A DNA stretch of 64,000 nt from NCBI GenBank assembly GCA_964520545.1, contig CAZFOD010000003.1, positions 20,728 through 84,727 on the forward strand, given 5' to 3'. The translations under genes and the position numbers were made by a program. The stretch is from an uncultured Candidatus Saccharibacteria bacterium. Its GTDB lineage: Bacteria > Patescibacteriota > Minisyncoccia > Phycocordibacterales > CAIZLB01. Below are positions 29,935-40,156 of this stretch, piece after piece (within the stretch, counting starts at the first letter, position 1; every line of letters starts with the position of its first letter). The notes under the pieces were generated by a model. It ran no database searches and was not told where the DNA came from. It saw only the letters and a program-made list of their open reading frames with translations.

Positions 29935-32790
29935 ATGAAATCTAAAAAAGAAACACAATACGATCATATAAAGATCGAGAAGAAATGGCAGAAAGTTTGG
30001 GAAACAAAGAAGCCATACAAGGCTTCTGATACGAGTAAGGCAAAGAAATTCTATCCTCTTGTAGAATTCCCATTCCCTTCTGGAGCAGGACTCCATACCG
30101 GACACATTCGCAGTTATGCTGCGATGGATATTGTTGCACGTAAACGTCGTATGATGGGAGAAAATGTGTTGTATCCAATCGGATGGGATGCCTTTGGTCT
30201 TCCTACTGAAAACTTTGCGATAAAGACAGGTAAACAGCCTAAGCTTGTAACAAAGGAAAATACGGACAACTTCCGCCGGCAATTAAAGATGCTTGGTCTT
30301 TCATTTGATTGGTCTCGAGAAATCAATACAACAGATCCTGAGTACTATAAATGGACCCAGTGGATATTCATACAGATGTTTAGGAAAGGACTGGCGTACA
30401 AGGCTCGTACGGCAGTAAATTGGTGTCCAAAAGACAAGACAGTGCTTGCAAACGAAGAAGTCATAAATGGGGCGTGTGAACGTTGTGGTACAAACGTTGA
30501 GAAGAGAGAAAAGGAACAGTGGATGCTTGCCATTACAAAGTATGCAGATCGTCTCGACAAAGATCTCGACACTGTCGACTATCTAGAACGTATAAAGATA
30601 CAGCAGCGTAATTGGATTGGTAGAAGTACTGGGTCAGAATTGGATTTCTCAATTGTTGGATCAAAGGAGAGTGTGAAGGTATTCACGACACGAGCGGATA
30701 CGCTCTTTGGTGTGACCTATGTTGTCCTCGCACCAGAACATGCTCTCGTTGAACAGCTTTTAGATAAGGTTTCTAACAAAGCTGAAGTAGTGAAATATAT
30801 TACTGCAGCTAAAGCTCGAGCAGATATTGATAGGACTGCGGAAGGAAAGGAAAAAACAGGAGTTGAACTTAAAGGCGTAAAGGCAGTTAACCCTGCAAAT
30901 GGTGAGGAGGTTCCTGTTTGGATTGCTGACTATGTCCTCGCAACATATGGAACGGGTGCTGTCATGGCGGTTCCTGCACATGATCAAAGAGATCTTGAGT
31001 TTGCTCAGAAATATAATCTTCCAGTAAAAAATGTTGTCATTCCGTCTGTCGTTGACCATGTAAATCCTCCACGTGCTGATAAGGGAACCAAGGTAAGAAA
31101 GAATGTACACGCCATAGTTTTTGATCCTAAGACGAAGAAATACCTCATCATCCGTAACAAGAAGTTCGGATGGGACACTGTTGTCATCGGAGGAATTGAA
31201 GAAGGAGAAGAACCGGTTGATTCAGCACTCCGAGAGTTAGCCGAAGAGACTGGCTACACTGATGTGGAATATAAAAGAACACTTGGTGGACCTGTTCAGG
31301 CTGCATATTTTGCAAAACATAAAGACGAAAACCGTGTAGCTTTTGCTACAGGTGTATATTTTGAATTGAAGAGTGATAAGCGATTAGAGATTGATCAAGG
31401 CGGTGAAAACGAGGGAAATGAAATCCTTTGGGTAGACGGAGCTGAATTTGTCCCTGGAAAGATGGTTAACTCTGAACTTCCATATTGGCTTGAAAGACTT
31501 ACGGCACAAAAAGATATTGCGTATGAAGGGAAGGGAATCCTTGCCGAATCTGGATCATTTGATGGAATGGATTCTGATTCAGCAAAGGTGAAGATTACAA
31601 AGCTTGTGCATGGAAAAGAGGTAACAAAATACAAGTTGAGAGACTGGGTTTTTTCTCGACAACGATATTGGGGAGAACCAATCCCTGTTGTTAATTGTGC
31701 AGCATGCGGATTAGTGGCGCTTCCTGACAAGGAACTTCCTCTTAAATTACCTGAGATAAAGAAATATGAACCTACAGATACCGGTGAATCACCACTTGCA
31801 ACGATAGAGAAGTGGGTAAAGACTAAATGCCCTAATTGTAAGGGTCCAGCAAAGCGCGAAACTGACACTATGCCTCAGTGGGCTGGATCTAGTTGGTACT
31901 ATTTGCGATATGCAGATCCAAAGAACAAGAAAGCACTTATAGATCCAAAGAAACTTAATATCTGGCAGCCTGTTGATTGGTACAACGGGGGTATGGAACA
32001 CACTACTCTTCATTTGTTGTACTCTCGATTCTGGCATAAATTCCTTTTTGACATTGGAGTGGTAAAAACAATTGAACCGTATGCTAAGCGTACCTCTCAC
32101 GGCCTCATTTTGGCCGAAGGCGGAGCGAAAATGTCGAAGTCGAAGGGAAACGTGGTTAACCCCGACGACCTCGTTAAACTCTACGGTGCGGACACATTGC
32201 GTCTTTATGAAATGTTCATGGGTCCATTTGATCAGGCAATACCATGGAGTAGTGACAATATGATCGGACCTCGAAGATTCATTGAAAGAACATGGAATCT
32301 TGCAAAGAAGGTTAAGAAAGCTGATGCCGACAAGGAGGTTGATGCACTGGTTCATAAGACTATTAAAAAAGTGAGTGGGGATATAGAGGGTATGGGCTTC
32401 AATACCGCAGTATCATCACTTATGATTCTCCTCAATGCGTTTGAGAAACAGACTGTAGTATCAAAGGACCATTACAAGATATTCCTTCAGCTCCTTGCTC
32501 CTTTCGTGCCTCATGTTGCTGAAGAATTATGGGCAGAGCAGGGAAACAAGAAGAGTATTCATCAGTCTCCGTGGCCAGAATTTGACCCAAAGAAGCTTAT
32601 TTCCGATTCCTTTAATATTGTTGTCCAAGTTAACGGAAAGGTACGAACTACCTTTGTTTCTGACAGTAATGACGAGGAGACTGTTAAGAAATATGCCCTT
32701 GAACACCCTGTGGTCATCAAATGGCTGGAGGGTAAGACCCCAATTAAGGTCATTTATATCCCAGACAAGCTTGTGAATATCGTCATTTAG
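29935..32790 (+). CDS. leuS: leucine--tRNA ligase with inserted Nudix domain
   Basis: HTGH (HIGH), GWDAFGLP, TTRADT CP1, SRQRYWGEP, KMSKS; Nudix box GGIEEGEEPVDSALRELAEETGY. Confidence 0.97.
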   Translation: MKSKKETQYDHIKIEKKWQKVWETKKPYKASDTSKAKKFYPLVEFPFPSGAGLHTGHIRSYAAMDIVARKRRMMGENVLYPIGWDAFGLPTENFAIKTGKQPKLVTKENTDNFRRQLKMLGLSFDWSREINTTDPEYYKWTQWIFIQMFRKGLAYKARTAVNWCPKDKTVLANEEVINGACERCGTNVEKREKEQWMLAITKYADRLDKDLDTVDYLERIKIQQRNWIGRSTGSELDFSIVGSKESVKVFTTRADTLFGVTYVVLAPEHALVEQLLDKVSNKAEVVKYITAAKARADIDRTAEGKEKTGVELKGVKAVNPANGEEVPVWIADYVLATYGTGAVMAVPAHDQRDLEFAQKYNLPVKNVVIPSVVDHVNPPRADKGTKVRKNVHAIVFDPKTKKYLIIRNKKFGWDTVVIGGIEEGEEPVDSALRELAEETGYTDVEYKRTLGGPVQAAYFAKHKDENRVAFATGVYFELKSDKRLEIDQGGENEGNEILWVDGAEFVPGKMVNSELPYWLERLTAQKDIAYEGKGILAESGSFDGMDSDSAKVKITKLVHGKEVTKYKLRDWVFSRQRYWGEPIPVVNCAACGLVALPDKELPLKLPEIKKYEPTDTGESPLATIEKWVKTKCPNCKGPAKRETDTMPQWAGSSWYYLRYADPKNKKALIDPKKLNIWQPVDWYNGGMEHTTLHLLYSRFWHKFLFDIGVVKTIEPYAKRTSHGLILAEGGAKMSKSKGNVVNPDDLVKLYGADTLRLYEMFMGPFDQAIPWSSDNMIGPRRFIERTWNLAKKVKKADADKEVDALVHKTIKKVSGDIEGMGFNTAVSSLMILLNAFEKQTVVSKDHYKIFLQLLAPFVPHVAEELWAEQGNKKSIHQSPWPEFDPKKLISDSFNIVVQVNGKVRTTFVSDSNDEETVKKYALEHPVVIKWLEGKTPIKVIYIPDKLVNIVI

Positions 32791-32853
32791 AGCCAATAAC
32801 ACCACTTACTTGACCATTTCACTAGTGTGTGCTACAAATAAAGTATAAATTTT

Positions 32854-33897
32854 ATGGCAGCAATCGCCCTCAACTTTAAACCAAAGAATGTAACAAAGAA
32901 ATTACTCGCTGCCTTGCCTGAAAGGGCTCGTTTGGTGGTATCTAAGCGTTACGGTCTTGATAAGACAAATGAAAGAATGACCCTCGAGGCTATCGGGGAG
33001 CTTTATGGCATTACCAGAGAGCGTGTTCGACAGATTGAAAATGCTGCTCTTGCTAATATCCGAAAATCAGGCTCTTTTAAGCAGGAAAAGGCTGCTTTTG
33101 ATGAGCTTCAGTCTATCGTAGTAGCCCTTGGCTCAATTGTCTCAGAAGATGATCTTCTTTCTCATGTTGCAAAGGATGAGTCAACTCAAAATCATGTTCA
33201 CTTCATGCTTGTTGTTAGCGATACCTTCAAGAAGGAAAAGGAAGATGACGAATTCAAGCACCGATGGCATGTAGATACAGAGCTCTCAAAAAAGATTCAT
33301 GAGGCTCTTCGAAAGCTCTACAAAAACCTCAATGATGACGATTTAGTTCCTGAATCTGAAATGATCGAGAAATTCCTCGAACATTTGAAGGATGTTAATG
33401 ATAAATACAAGAACGAGGAGGTTGCAAAGCGATGGTTGCGAATCTCAAAGCATATCGATAAGAACCCTCTTGGCGAATGGGGTAAGGCATCTTCACCTAA
33501 TGTCCGAACAAAGGGTATTCGAGACTATGCATTCCTCGCTATGCGAAAGCACGGCTCACCTATACACTTCCGAGACATTGCAAAGCTCATACAGCAGCTT
33601 TTCAACAAGAAGGCACATGTTGCTACAACTCATAACGAATTGATTAAAGACAAGCGATTCGTATTGGTTGGACGAGGTCTCTATGCACTTACTGAATGGG
33701 GGTATCTTTCAGGTGTCGTCAAAGACGTCATCAAGAAGGTCCTTACAAAAAACGGTCCACTTACAAAAGATCAAATCATCGAAAAGGTACTCAAGGAACG
33801 ATACGTAAAAGAAAATACTATCTTAGTAAACCTCCAGAACAGCAAGCAGTTCAAGAAGGACAAAGAAGGAAAGTATCACTTGGTAGAAGAGAAATAA
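32854..33897 (+). CDS. sigma70 region-4 HTH plus C-terminal winged-helix (HARE-HTH-like) protein
   Basis: TLEAIGELYGITRERVRQIE; HNELIKDKRFVLVGRGLYALTEW. Confidence 0.75.
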   Translation: MAAIALNFKPKNVTKKLLAALPERARLVVSKRYGLDKTNERMTLEAIGELYGITRERVRQIENAALANIRKSGSFKQEKAAFDELQSIVVALGSIVSEDDLLSHVAKDESTQNHVHFMLVVSDTFKKEKEDDEFKHRWHVDTELSKKIHEALRKLYKNLNDDDLVPESEMIEKFLEHLKDVNDKYKNEEVAKRWLRISKHIDKNPLGEWGKASSPNVRTKGIRDYAFLAMRKHGSPIHFRDIAKLIQQLFNKKAHVATTHNELIKDKRFVLVGRGLYALTEWGYLSGVVKDVIKKVLTKNGPLTKDQIIEKVLKERYVKENTILVNLQNSKQFKKDKEGKYHLVEEK

Positions 33898-33964
33898 AGA
33901 AAGACCCCGAAAGGGGCTTTTTCTTTAGTGACGATTCGGAGATTATGAAGTAAAATAATATATC

Positions 33965-35212
33965 ATGTCAGGTAATGAAGCTCTTCAGCAAATCTTTGGA
34001 CCTCTCTTTGGAATAATCATCCAGATTGTAGTCTTTGTCTCATTCATCATTGTCCCTATATTTCTCATGATTTGGTTTTGGAAGAACTGGGTGAAATATG
34101 TTCGTGCTGTATTCTTCGCTTCTCAAAAGTATGTAGTGTTGGAGCTTAAGATTCCAAAAGGAATTGCCAAGAGTCCACTTGCTATGGAGCTCTTTATGAC
34201 CTCACTTTTCCAAACTGGAGGTGAGGGTACTCCGTTTGATAAGTTCTGGTTGGGGAAGACTCGTCCGTGGTTTTCGCTTGAGATTGCATCAATTGAAGGA
34301 CAGGTACGCTTTTTCATCTGGACCCGAGAGGCATTCAAGGGACTCGTTGAAAGCCAACTCTATGGTCAGTTTCCTGATATTGAAATGAATACTGTTGAGG
34401 ACTATAGCTCGAAAATAAACTTTAACTGGGCTGATCACCAAATGTGGGCGTGTGATTTTAAGAAAGGACAAGCATCACATCTCCCGATAAAAACATATAT
34501 AAATTATGGTCTTGATAAGGATCCGAAGGAAGAGGTAAAGATCGATCCAATAACATCAATCATCGAATTTCTTGGCTCCGTTGGCCGAGGTGAACAAATC
34601 TGGATGCAAATTGTCATCAGAGCTCATAAAAAGGAATTAACTAAACCAGGAACATGGTTTGAAAAAGTAGACTGGACCGATGCTGCAAAAAAGGATGTTG
34701 ATAAAATTATGAAGCGTGATAAGAAGGCTAAAGATGGAGAAGTGAACTTTGCTGATTTTTCAATGACAAAGGGTGAGCGTGAAAAAGTAGAAGCAATTGA
34801 AAAGAATGTTTCAAAGCTTGCCTTTGATTGCGGTATTAGAGCTATATACGTCGCTAGGAAAGATAGTTTCAAGCCCGCAATGATTCCAGGCCTTACTGGA
34901 AGCCTCCGTCAGTACAATGCTCCTAACCTAAACGGCTTCGCTCCAGCTAACGGTACTGCCTACGACTATCCATGGCAGGACTTTACTGGAGTAAGGACAA
35001 TGAAAAAGAAAGAAAAGATGATGTTCCTTTATAGGAATCGATCTTTCTTCTACCCAGAATTCTTTCCAGATGGATATGAATATGAAGCTTTTGTCATGAC
35101 GACAGAGGAACTCGCCACCATATATCACTTCCCAGGTGATGTTTCTCGAACCCCTAACCTTAGTCGAATTTCTGCAAAGAGAGCAGAAGCTCCATCAAAT
35201 CTTCCGATTTAA
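33965..35212 (+). CDS. conserved CPR-type membrane protein of unknown function
   Basis: N-terminal TM, WFSLEIAS..G.VRF, ELATIYHFP, APSNLP C-terminus. Confidence 0.65.
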   Translation: MSGNEALQQIFGPLFGIIIQIVVFVSFIIVPIFLMIWFWKNWVKYVRAVFFASQKYVVLELKIPKGIAKSPLAMELFMTSLFQTGGEGTPFDKFWLGKTRPWFSLEIASIEGQVRFFIWTREAFKGLVESQLYGQFPDIEMNTVEDYSSKINFNWADHQMWACDFKKGQASHLPIKTYINYGLDKDPKEEVKIDPITSIIEFLGSVGRGEQIWMQIVIRAHKKELTKPGTWFEKVDWTDAAKKDVDKIMKRDKKAKDGEVNFADFSMTKGEREKVEAIEKNVSKLAFDCGIRAIYVARKDSFKPAMIPGLTGSLRQYNAPNLNGFAPANGTAYDYPWQDFTGVRTMKKKEKMMFLYRNRSFFYPEFFPDGYEYEAFVMTTEELATIYHFPGDVSRTPNLSRISAKRAEAPSNLPI

Positions 35213-35215
35213 TCC

Positions 35216-36181
35216 ATGTCATCACTCGGCAAATCATTGCGATTCGGGATATTGGGTGGACTCTTGGCTTTTTCAGTCATCATTGCCTTCTATCAATTCG
35301 TCCTGTCAGCTCCTTCTAATTTTGTTTCCGGTACATCCATTGTCATAGATCCAGGACAAAGTATTTCGAGTATCACTAATGAGTTGCACATGAACAATAT
35401 TGTTCGATCTCCTCTATTATTCAGAAGCCTTGTCATTTTCTACGGAGGCGAGCGGCGTACATCTGCTGGTATGTATCTCTTCAATGGGCCTCAAGATGTG
35501 TTCCATATAGCTCACCGTATTTCAAATGGTGACTATGGTTATGTACCCGTTAAATTAACTTTGCCTGAAGGGTTAACGTCAGCAGAAACAGCAAAGCTTG
35601 TTCATGACAAGTTTCCGCAAATTAATGAGAAAGATGCTGAGATTGCTTTTAGGCCGTATGAAGGAAAGCTTTTCCCAGAAACATATTTCTTTTCACCACA
35701 GGCACCTCTTCAAATGATTTTAGATAGGTTACTGGCGCAGTTTGATAAGAGCATTGGGAGTAGAACAAAAGCCATTGAGGATTCAGGTCGTTCACTTGAC
35801 GAAATATTGATACTCGCCTCCATTCTTGAGGAGGAAGTGCAGAATGACATTGATCGTCGCATAGTTGCGGGTCTCATTTTACGTCGATTAGAAATTGACA
35901 TGCCGCTTCAGGTTGATAGCACATTGGGGTATGTTACGGGCAAAGCATCTCTTCAGCTTACTCTAAAAGACCTACAGCTTGATTCGCCATACAATACATA
36001 TAAGTACAAAGGGTTGCCTCCTACTCCAATTTCTAATCCGGGCCTTTCATCGATAGATGCGGCACTTAATCCGACTCCTAGTAAGTACCTCTATTTTCTT
36101 TCTGATAAAGATGGTATAAATCATTTCGCCGTAACCTACGGTGAACATGTTAAAAATCGTAAAAAATACCTCGGGAAATAA
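35216..36181 (+). CDS. mltG: endolytic transglycosylase MltG (paralog 2)
   Basis: TLPEG, EGKLFPETY, ASILEEE, LQVD, SPYNTYKYKGLPPTPISNPG. Confidence 0.92.
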   Translation: MSSLGKSLRFGILGGLLAFSVIIAFYQFVLSAPSNFVSGTSIVIDPGQSISSITNELHMNNIVRSPLLFRSLVIFYGGERRTSAGMYLFNGPQDVFHIAHRISNGDYGYVPVKLTLPEGLTSAETAKLVHDKFPQINEKDAEIAFRPYEGKLFPETYFFSPQAPLQMILDRLLAQFDKSIGSRTKAIEDSGRSLDEILILASILEEEVQNDIDRRIVAGLILRRLEIDMPLQVDSTLGYVTGKASLQLTLKDLQLDSPYNTYKYKGLPPTPISNPGLSSIDAALNPTPSKYLYFLSDKDGINHFAVTYGEHVKNRKKYLGK

Positions 36182-37247
36182 GAAGGTCTGGGTTGGTATG
36201 TCTGGTGGTGTAGATTCTTCTGTATCAGCCTTGCTTTTGAAGCAGGCGGGTTTCGACGTGACAGGTGTGTTCATTAAAGTGTGGCAGCCTGAGAATGGAG
36301 AGTGTACATGGAAAGATGAGCGACGGGATGCAATGAGGGTTGCGGCTCATCTGGATATTCCATTTCTTACATTTGATTTTGGAGATGAATACAAAAAAGA
36401 AGTTGTTGATTACATGATCCGAGAATACAAGCAGGGTAGAACTCCAAACCCTGATGTTATGTGCAACCGATTCATTAAGTTCGGCTCTTTCCTTAAGGCT
36501 GCAAGGGAAGCTGGTGTTGACTATGTTGCAACGGGTCATTACGCACAAAATATTTTAAATATTAAGACTGGAAATTTTGAACTTAAAGAAGGAGCTGACA
36601 AGAATAAAGATCAAACATATTTTCTTTGGACATTAAATCAGTCCGACCTGCAACACATATTGTTCCCTGTTGGACACTTGCAGAAGAGAGAGGTACGAAA
36701 GATTGCAGAAAAGAATAGCTTACCAATATTCGACAAGAAGGATAGTCAGGGTATCTGCTTCATTGGACATGTCGACATGAAAGAATTCCTGAAGGAACAT
36801 ATTGATACACAAAAAGGGAATGTCATTGATATGAAAGGTGAAATAATCGGTGAACACGACGGTGCCCTCCTGTATACCATCGGAGAACGCCATGGTTTTA
36901 CTTTGTACAATTCGTCGCCTGACGAACACCCAAAGTATGTAATCACTAAGGATGTATCGAAGAATACAATCACGGTGGCGGAATATACCGAGGAAGTAGT
37001 CTCTCATATGGCTAAAACAGCCCTAGCGAGCTCTGTAAGTGCTACAAGTGGTGAAATGGACTCACTCATTGGTACTTTTGACGTAAGGCTTAGATATAGG
37101 CAAGAGAAGCAGAGATGCAATATCAAGAAGGGTAAGGAAGGTACCCTAGAGATCACATTTGATCCTCCTCAGAAAACGGTAACTTCTGGCCAGTCTATTG
37201 TCATTTATGATGGCGAAGTCTGTAGGGGCGGTGGTATACTGGTTTAA
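36141..37247 (+). CDS. mnmA: tRNA 2-thiouridine(34) synthase MnmA
   Basis: GMSGGVDSSV, TPNPDVMCN, ATGHYA, KDQTYFL, DSQGICF. Confidence 0.96.
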   Translation: MNMLKIVKNTSGNKKVWVGMSGGVDSSVSALLLKQAGFDVTGVFIKVWQPENGECTWKDERRDAMRVAAHLDIPFLTFDFGDEYKKEVVDYMIREYKQGRTPNPDVMCNRFIKFGSFLKAAREAGVDYVATGHYAQNILNIKTGNFELKEGADKNKDQTYFLWTLNQSDLQHILFPVGHLQKREVRKIAEKNSLPIFDKKDSQGICFIGHVDMKEFLKEHIDTQKGNVIDMKGEIIGEHDGALLYTIGERHGFTLYNSSPDEHPKYVITKDVSKNTITVAEYTEEVVSHMAKTALASSVSATSGEMDSLIGTFDVRLRYRQEKQRCNIKKGKEGTLEITFDPPQKTVTSGQSIVIYDGEVCRGGGILV

Positions 37248-37268
37248 TAAATATTAAACAGGCCACTC

Positions 37269-38129
37269 ATGTCAAAACCGCAGAGTACTATATATGTAAT
37301 TAAAGAGGATGGCAAAAAGGAGGAATTTCTTCCCGAAAAACTACAAACATCTCTCATTAATACGGGAGCGAATCCAACAACCGCTGAAAAGATTGTGCGA
37401 GGAATTGTCGAATCAATGGCAAAAGATTCCATCATCGAAAAAACTACAAGTGACATATACAGAGAGGCTTTCCATCAACTTAAGGAAATGTCACATGCAG
37501 CTGCTGCGCGATACTCTCTCCGTCGTTCCCTCATGGAATTTGGTCCAACAGGTTTTCCATTTGAAGCCTACATTGCAGAGATATTCAAAAAACTGGGTTA
37601 CGAAACAATGATTGATCAAGTCGTATTTGGTAGCTGTGTTCCACATGAGGTGGATGTTGTTGCTTGGAATGACAACAAGCTTCTCATGGCTGAAGTAAAA
37701 TATCACAATGAGCCAGCGGGAAAGACAGACCTTAAAGTAGCTTTGTATGTAAAAGCTCGGTACGACGATCTCAAACAGAATTCATACGAATATGGTCAAA
37801 GTCGAAAGCTTGATGAGGGCTGGCTCATAACTAATACAAAATTTACTGATACTGCGATCACGTACGCAAATTGTTCCGGTGTCAAAATGCTTGGATGGGA
37901 CTACCCAGAAACAGGAAGCCTTAGAGAAATGATTGAAGAAACTAAGCTTCACCCCATCACATGTCTCACAACAATGAGTGCCTCTCAAAAGACTCATTTG
38001 ATGAACAAAAAGATCGTGCTTTGTAGATCTGTTTATGACAACAAGGAACTTCTAAAGGAAGCTGGCCTATCAGATCTTGAGATATTAAAAGTCATGGAGG
38101 AGATAAGTGATATATTTAAAAACGATTAA
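37269..38129 (+). CDS. ATP-cone plus Mrr-type restriction-endonuclease domain protein
   Basis: VIKEDG..E.F..KL ATP cone; GFPFE, HEVDV, EVKYH, TNTKFT. Confidence 0.8.
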   Translation: MSKPQSTIYVIKEDGKKEEFLPEKLQTSLINTGANPTTAEKIVRGIVESMAKDSIIEKTTSDIYREAFHQLKEMSHAAAARYSLRRSLMEFGPTGFPFEAYIAEIFKKLGYETMIDQVVFGSCVPHEVDVVAWNDNKLLMAEVKYHNEPAGKTDLKVALYVKARYDDLKQNSYEYGQSRKLDEGWLITNTKFTDTAITYANCSGVKMLGWDYPETGSLREMIEETKLHPITCLTTMSASQKTHLMNKKIVLCRSVYDNKELLKEAGLSDLEILKVMEEISDIFKND

Positions 38130-38138
38130 TAAATACAA

Positions 38139-38909
38139 ATGTCTGAATACTACAACCCAAACAGAGGTGCTGCATGGAACTACGGTGGCAAAGACTGGAA
38201 ACTTAGTCGTTCAAAGATTGATCTCTTCATGGAGTGCCCTCGTTGTTTCTATCTCGACAACAAGCTTGGGGTAAAGAGGGTTCCTGGATTTCCTTTTGCA
38301 TTAAACAGTGCTGTAGACTTTTTACTTAAACAAGAATTTGATGGTCACCGAATTAAAGGTGAACAGCATCCATTGCAAACTGAATACGGTATAGATGCAA
38401 GACCTGTAGAGCATAAAGAGCTTGATGAGTGGCGTCGAAACTTTGGGGGTATAACATACAAACATAAACCAACAGGACTCCTCATCTCAGGAGCAATTGA
38501 TGATCTATGGATAAATAGTAAAGATGAATATATTGTTGTTGATTACAAAGCAACCGCTAAGGAAGAGCCTGTAAAAGCACTTGATATGGATTGGCATGAT
38601 GGATATAAGCGTCAGATGGAGGTATATCAATGGCTTTTGACTCAGAATGGTTTGAAAGTTTCAAACACAGGATATTTTGTGTACTGCACTGGGAGAATGG
38701 ATCGGAAGTCGTTTGATAAGAAGATTGAGTTTGATATTTGTCTCATTCCATACAAAGGAACAACAGACTGGGTTGAACCGACATTACTTAAAATAAAAGA
38801 ATGTTTGGAATCGAATGATATTCCTACTGAAGGATCATCTTGTGACTATTGCGCATACCGAACTGCTGCAGGCAATGCTTTTAAAAAGCATATGACTAAG
38901 AAGAAGTAA
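38139..38909 (+). CDS. PD-(D/E)XK nuclease, RecB/Cas4-like
   Basis: CPRC, GAIDD, VDYK, QMEVY, CDYC. Confidence 0.85.
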   Translation: MSEYYNPNRGAAWNYGGKDWKLSRSKIDLFMECPRCFYLDNKLGVKRVPGFPFALNSAVDFLLKQEFDGHRIKGEQHPLQTEYGIDARPVEHKELDEWRRNFGGITYKHKPTGLLISGAIDDLWINSKDEYIVVDYKATAKEEPVKALDMDWHDGYKRQMEVYQWLLTQNGLKVSNTGYFVYCTGRMDRKSFDKKIEFDICLIPYKGTTDWVEPTLLKIKECLESNDIPTEGSSCDYCAYRTAAGNAFKKHMTKKK

Positions 38910-38910
38910 T

Positions 38911-39537
38911 ATGGATAGACCAGTACTCAACATTGAATATTGTCATGTGACCTTAGGGCAGGATTACAACGAACAGGTAAAGATTTCGAACGAAGTCGTT
39001 GGCAAGGTGGTAGAGGTATATAAAGATATTTACGATATTTCCCCGTATCTCATGATTGATGATCTCCGCTCGAAGGAAACAGTTACTGATGAATATATTA
39101 AAAATCTGATAGATTCTCTGACAATAAAGCCTGCGGCTATTTACCTCGAATCTTCATTTATTCCTCTTGCTGAAGATATTCTCTCAATTTTTGAAGGTAG
39201 TAATCATCACCTGGTGACAACAGAAGAGGAAAGGTGGCTACATCAAATTAAAGATACATACGGATCATCAACAGATTTCTTACTTTCATGGAAAGGCAAG
39301 GATGCTGAGCACGCAGTAAATTTTTCTTGTTCAACACTCGTTTCCGCGTCATATCTTTTTCGATTGGGTAGCGTGAATAATATTGATGTCAAACCGATAT
39401 ATGGAGAGATGAAACCTGCTCAAAAACTTCTCAATATATTGCCTTCAATTTACATGCAGACCGAGGCCAATGCTCAGACGATAATAGAAGCCTACAAGCC
39501 AGGAGCGTCAAAAGATATTATCACCCTTTTCTATTAA
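38911..39537 (+). CDS. hypothetical protein, resembles SCO2522-like family
   Basis: IEYCH, MIDD, FSCS.L....LFRLG, ILP..Y...E motif order (recalled similarity, unverified). Confidence 0.5.
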   Translation: MDRPVLNIEYCHVTLGQDYNEQVKISNEVVGKVVEVYKDIYDISPYLMIDDLRSKETVTDEYIKNLIDSLTIKPAAIYLESSFIPLAEDILSIFEGSNHHLVTTEEERWLHQIKDTYGSSTDFLLSWKGKDAEHAVNFSCSTLVSASYLFRLGSVNNIDVKPIYGEMKPAQKLLNILPSIYMQTEANAQTIIEAYKPGASKDIITLFY

Positions 39538-39539
39538 CT

Positions 39540-40148
39540 ATGGGAATTAAGTTACTAGAGCGCCAAGATGCAATCTCAAAGCTAACAAAAGAGCTTCTTG
39601 CAATGAAGGGTGCTCTAGCAGACGAACGACGTAAAAATAAAGTAAATCCTGTTGTTGGAGAGGGAAGTCTCACCGCTGACATCGTGTTTGTAGGTGAAGC
39701 TCCTGGAAAGAATGAAGCCTTAAAGGGTAAACCATTTTGTGGGGCATCAGGAAAGTTTCTTGATGTAATGTTGGATTCAATAGGTTTACTTAGATCACAT
39801 GTATATATTACAAACTTGGTAAATGATCGCCCGACAGATAACAGAGATCCTTCACCTCAAGAAATTGAGTCATATGCTCCTTTTCTTGAAAGACAACTGG
39901 AAATAATTAAACCAAAGGTTATTGCTACACTCGGGCGTATCCCTATGGCATACATCATGAAAAGATTTGGTCTAGAGCATGAGCTTAGTGTAATCTCAAA
40001 AATTCATGGTAAGACTTTTAAAGTAAAAGCACCTTGGGGTGGAAATATTACAATTATTCCCCTCTATCACCCTGCTTCTGCACTGTATAACGGAAGCAAT
40101 CGAGCTACACTTCTTGAGGATTTTAAGGTGTTGAAGGCTGTGATATAG
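39540..40148 (+). CDS. uracil-DNA glycosylase, family 4
   Basis: VGEAPG..E...G.PF.G.SG, YITN, TLGR, YHPAS. Confidence 0.9.
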   Translation: MGIKLLERQDAISKLTKELLAMKGALADERRKNKVNPVVGEGSLTADIVFVGEAPGKNEALKGKPFCGASGKFLDVMLDSIGLLRSHVYITNLVNDRPTDNRDPSPQEIESYAPFLERQLEIIKPKVIATLGRIPMAYIMKRFGLEHELSVISKIHGKTFKVKAPWGGNITIIPLYHPASALYNGSNRATLLEDFKVLKAVI

Positions 40149-40156
40149 TGCTGCAT

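Noticed and set aside
38139-38909. CRISPR-Cas locus suggested by the Cas4-like nuclease
   Set aside because: No repeat-spacer array or other cas genes in the window
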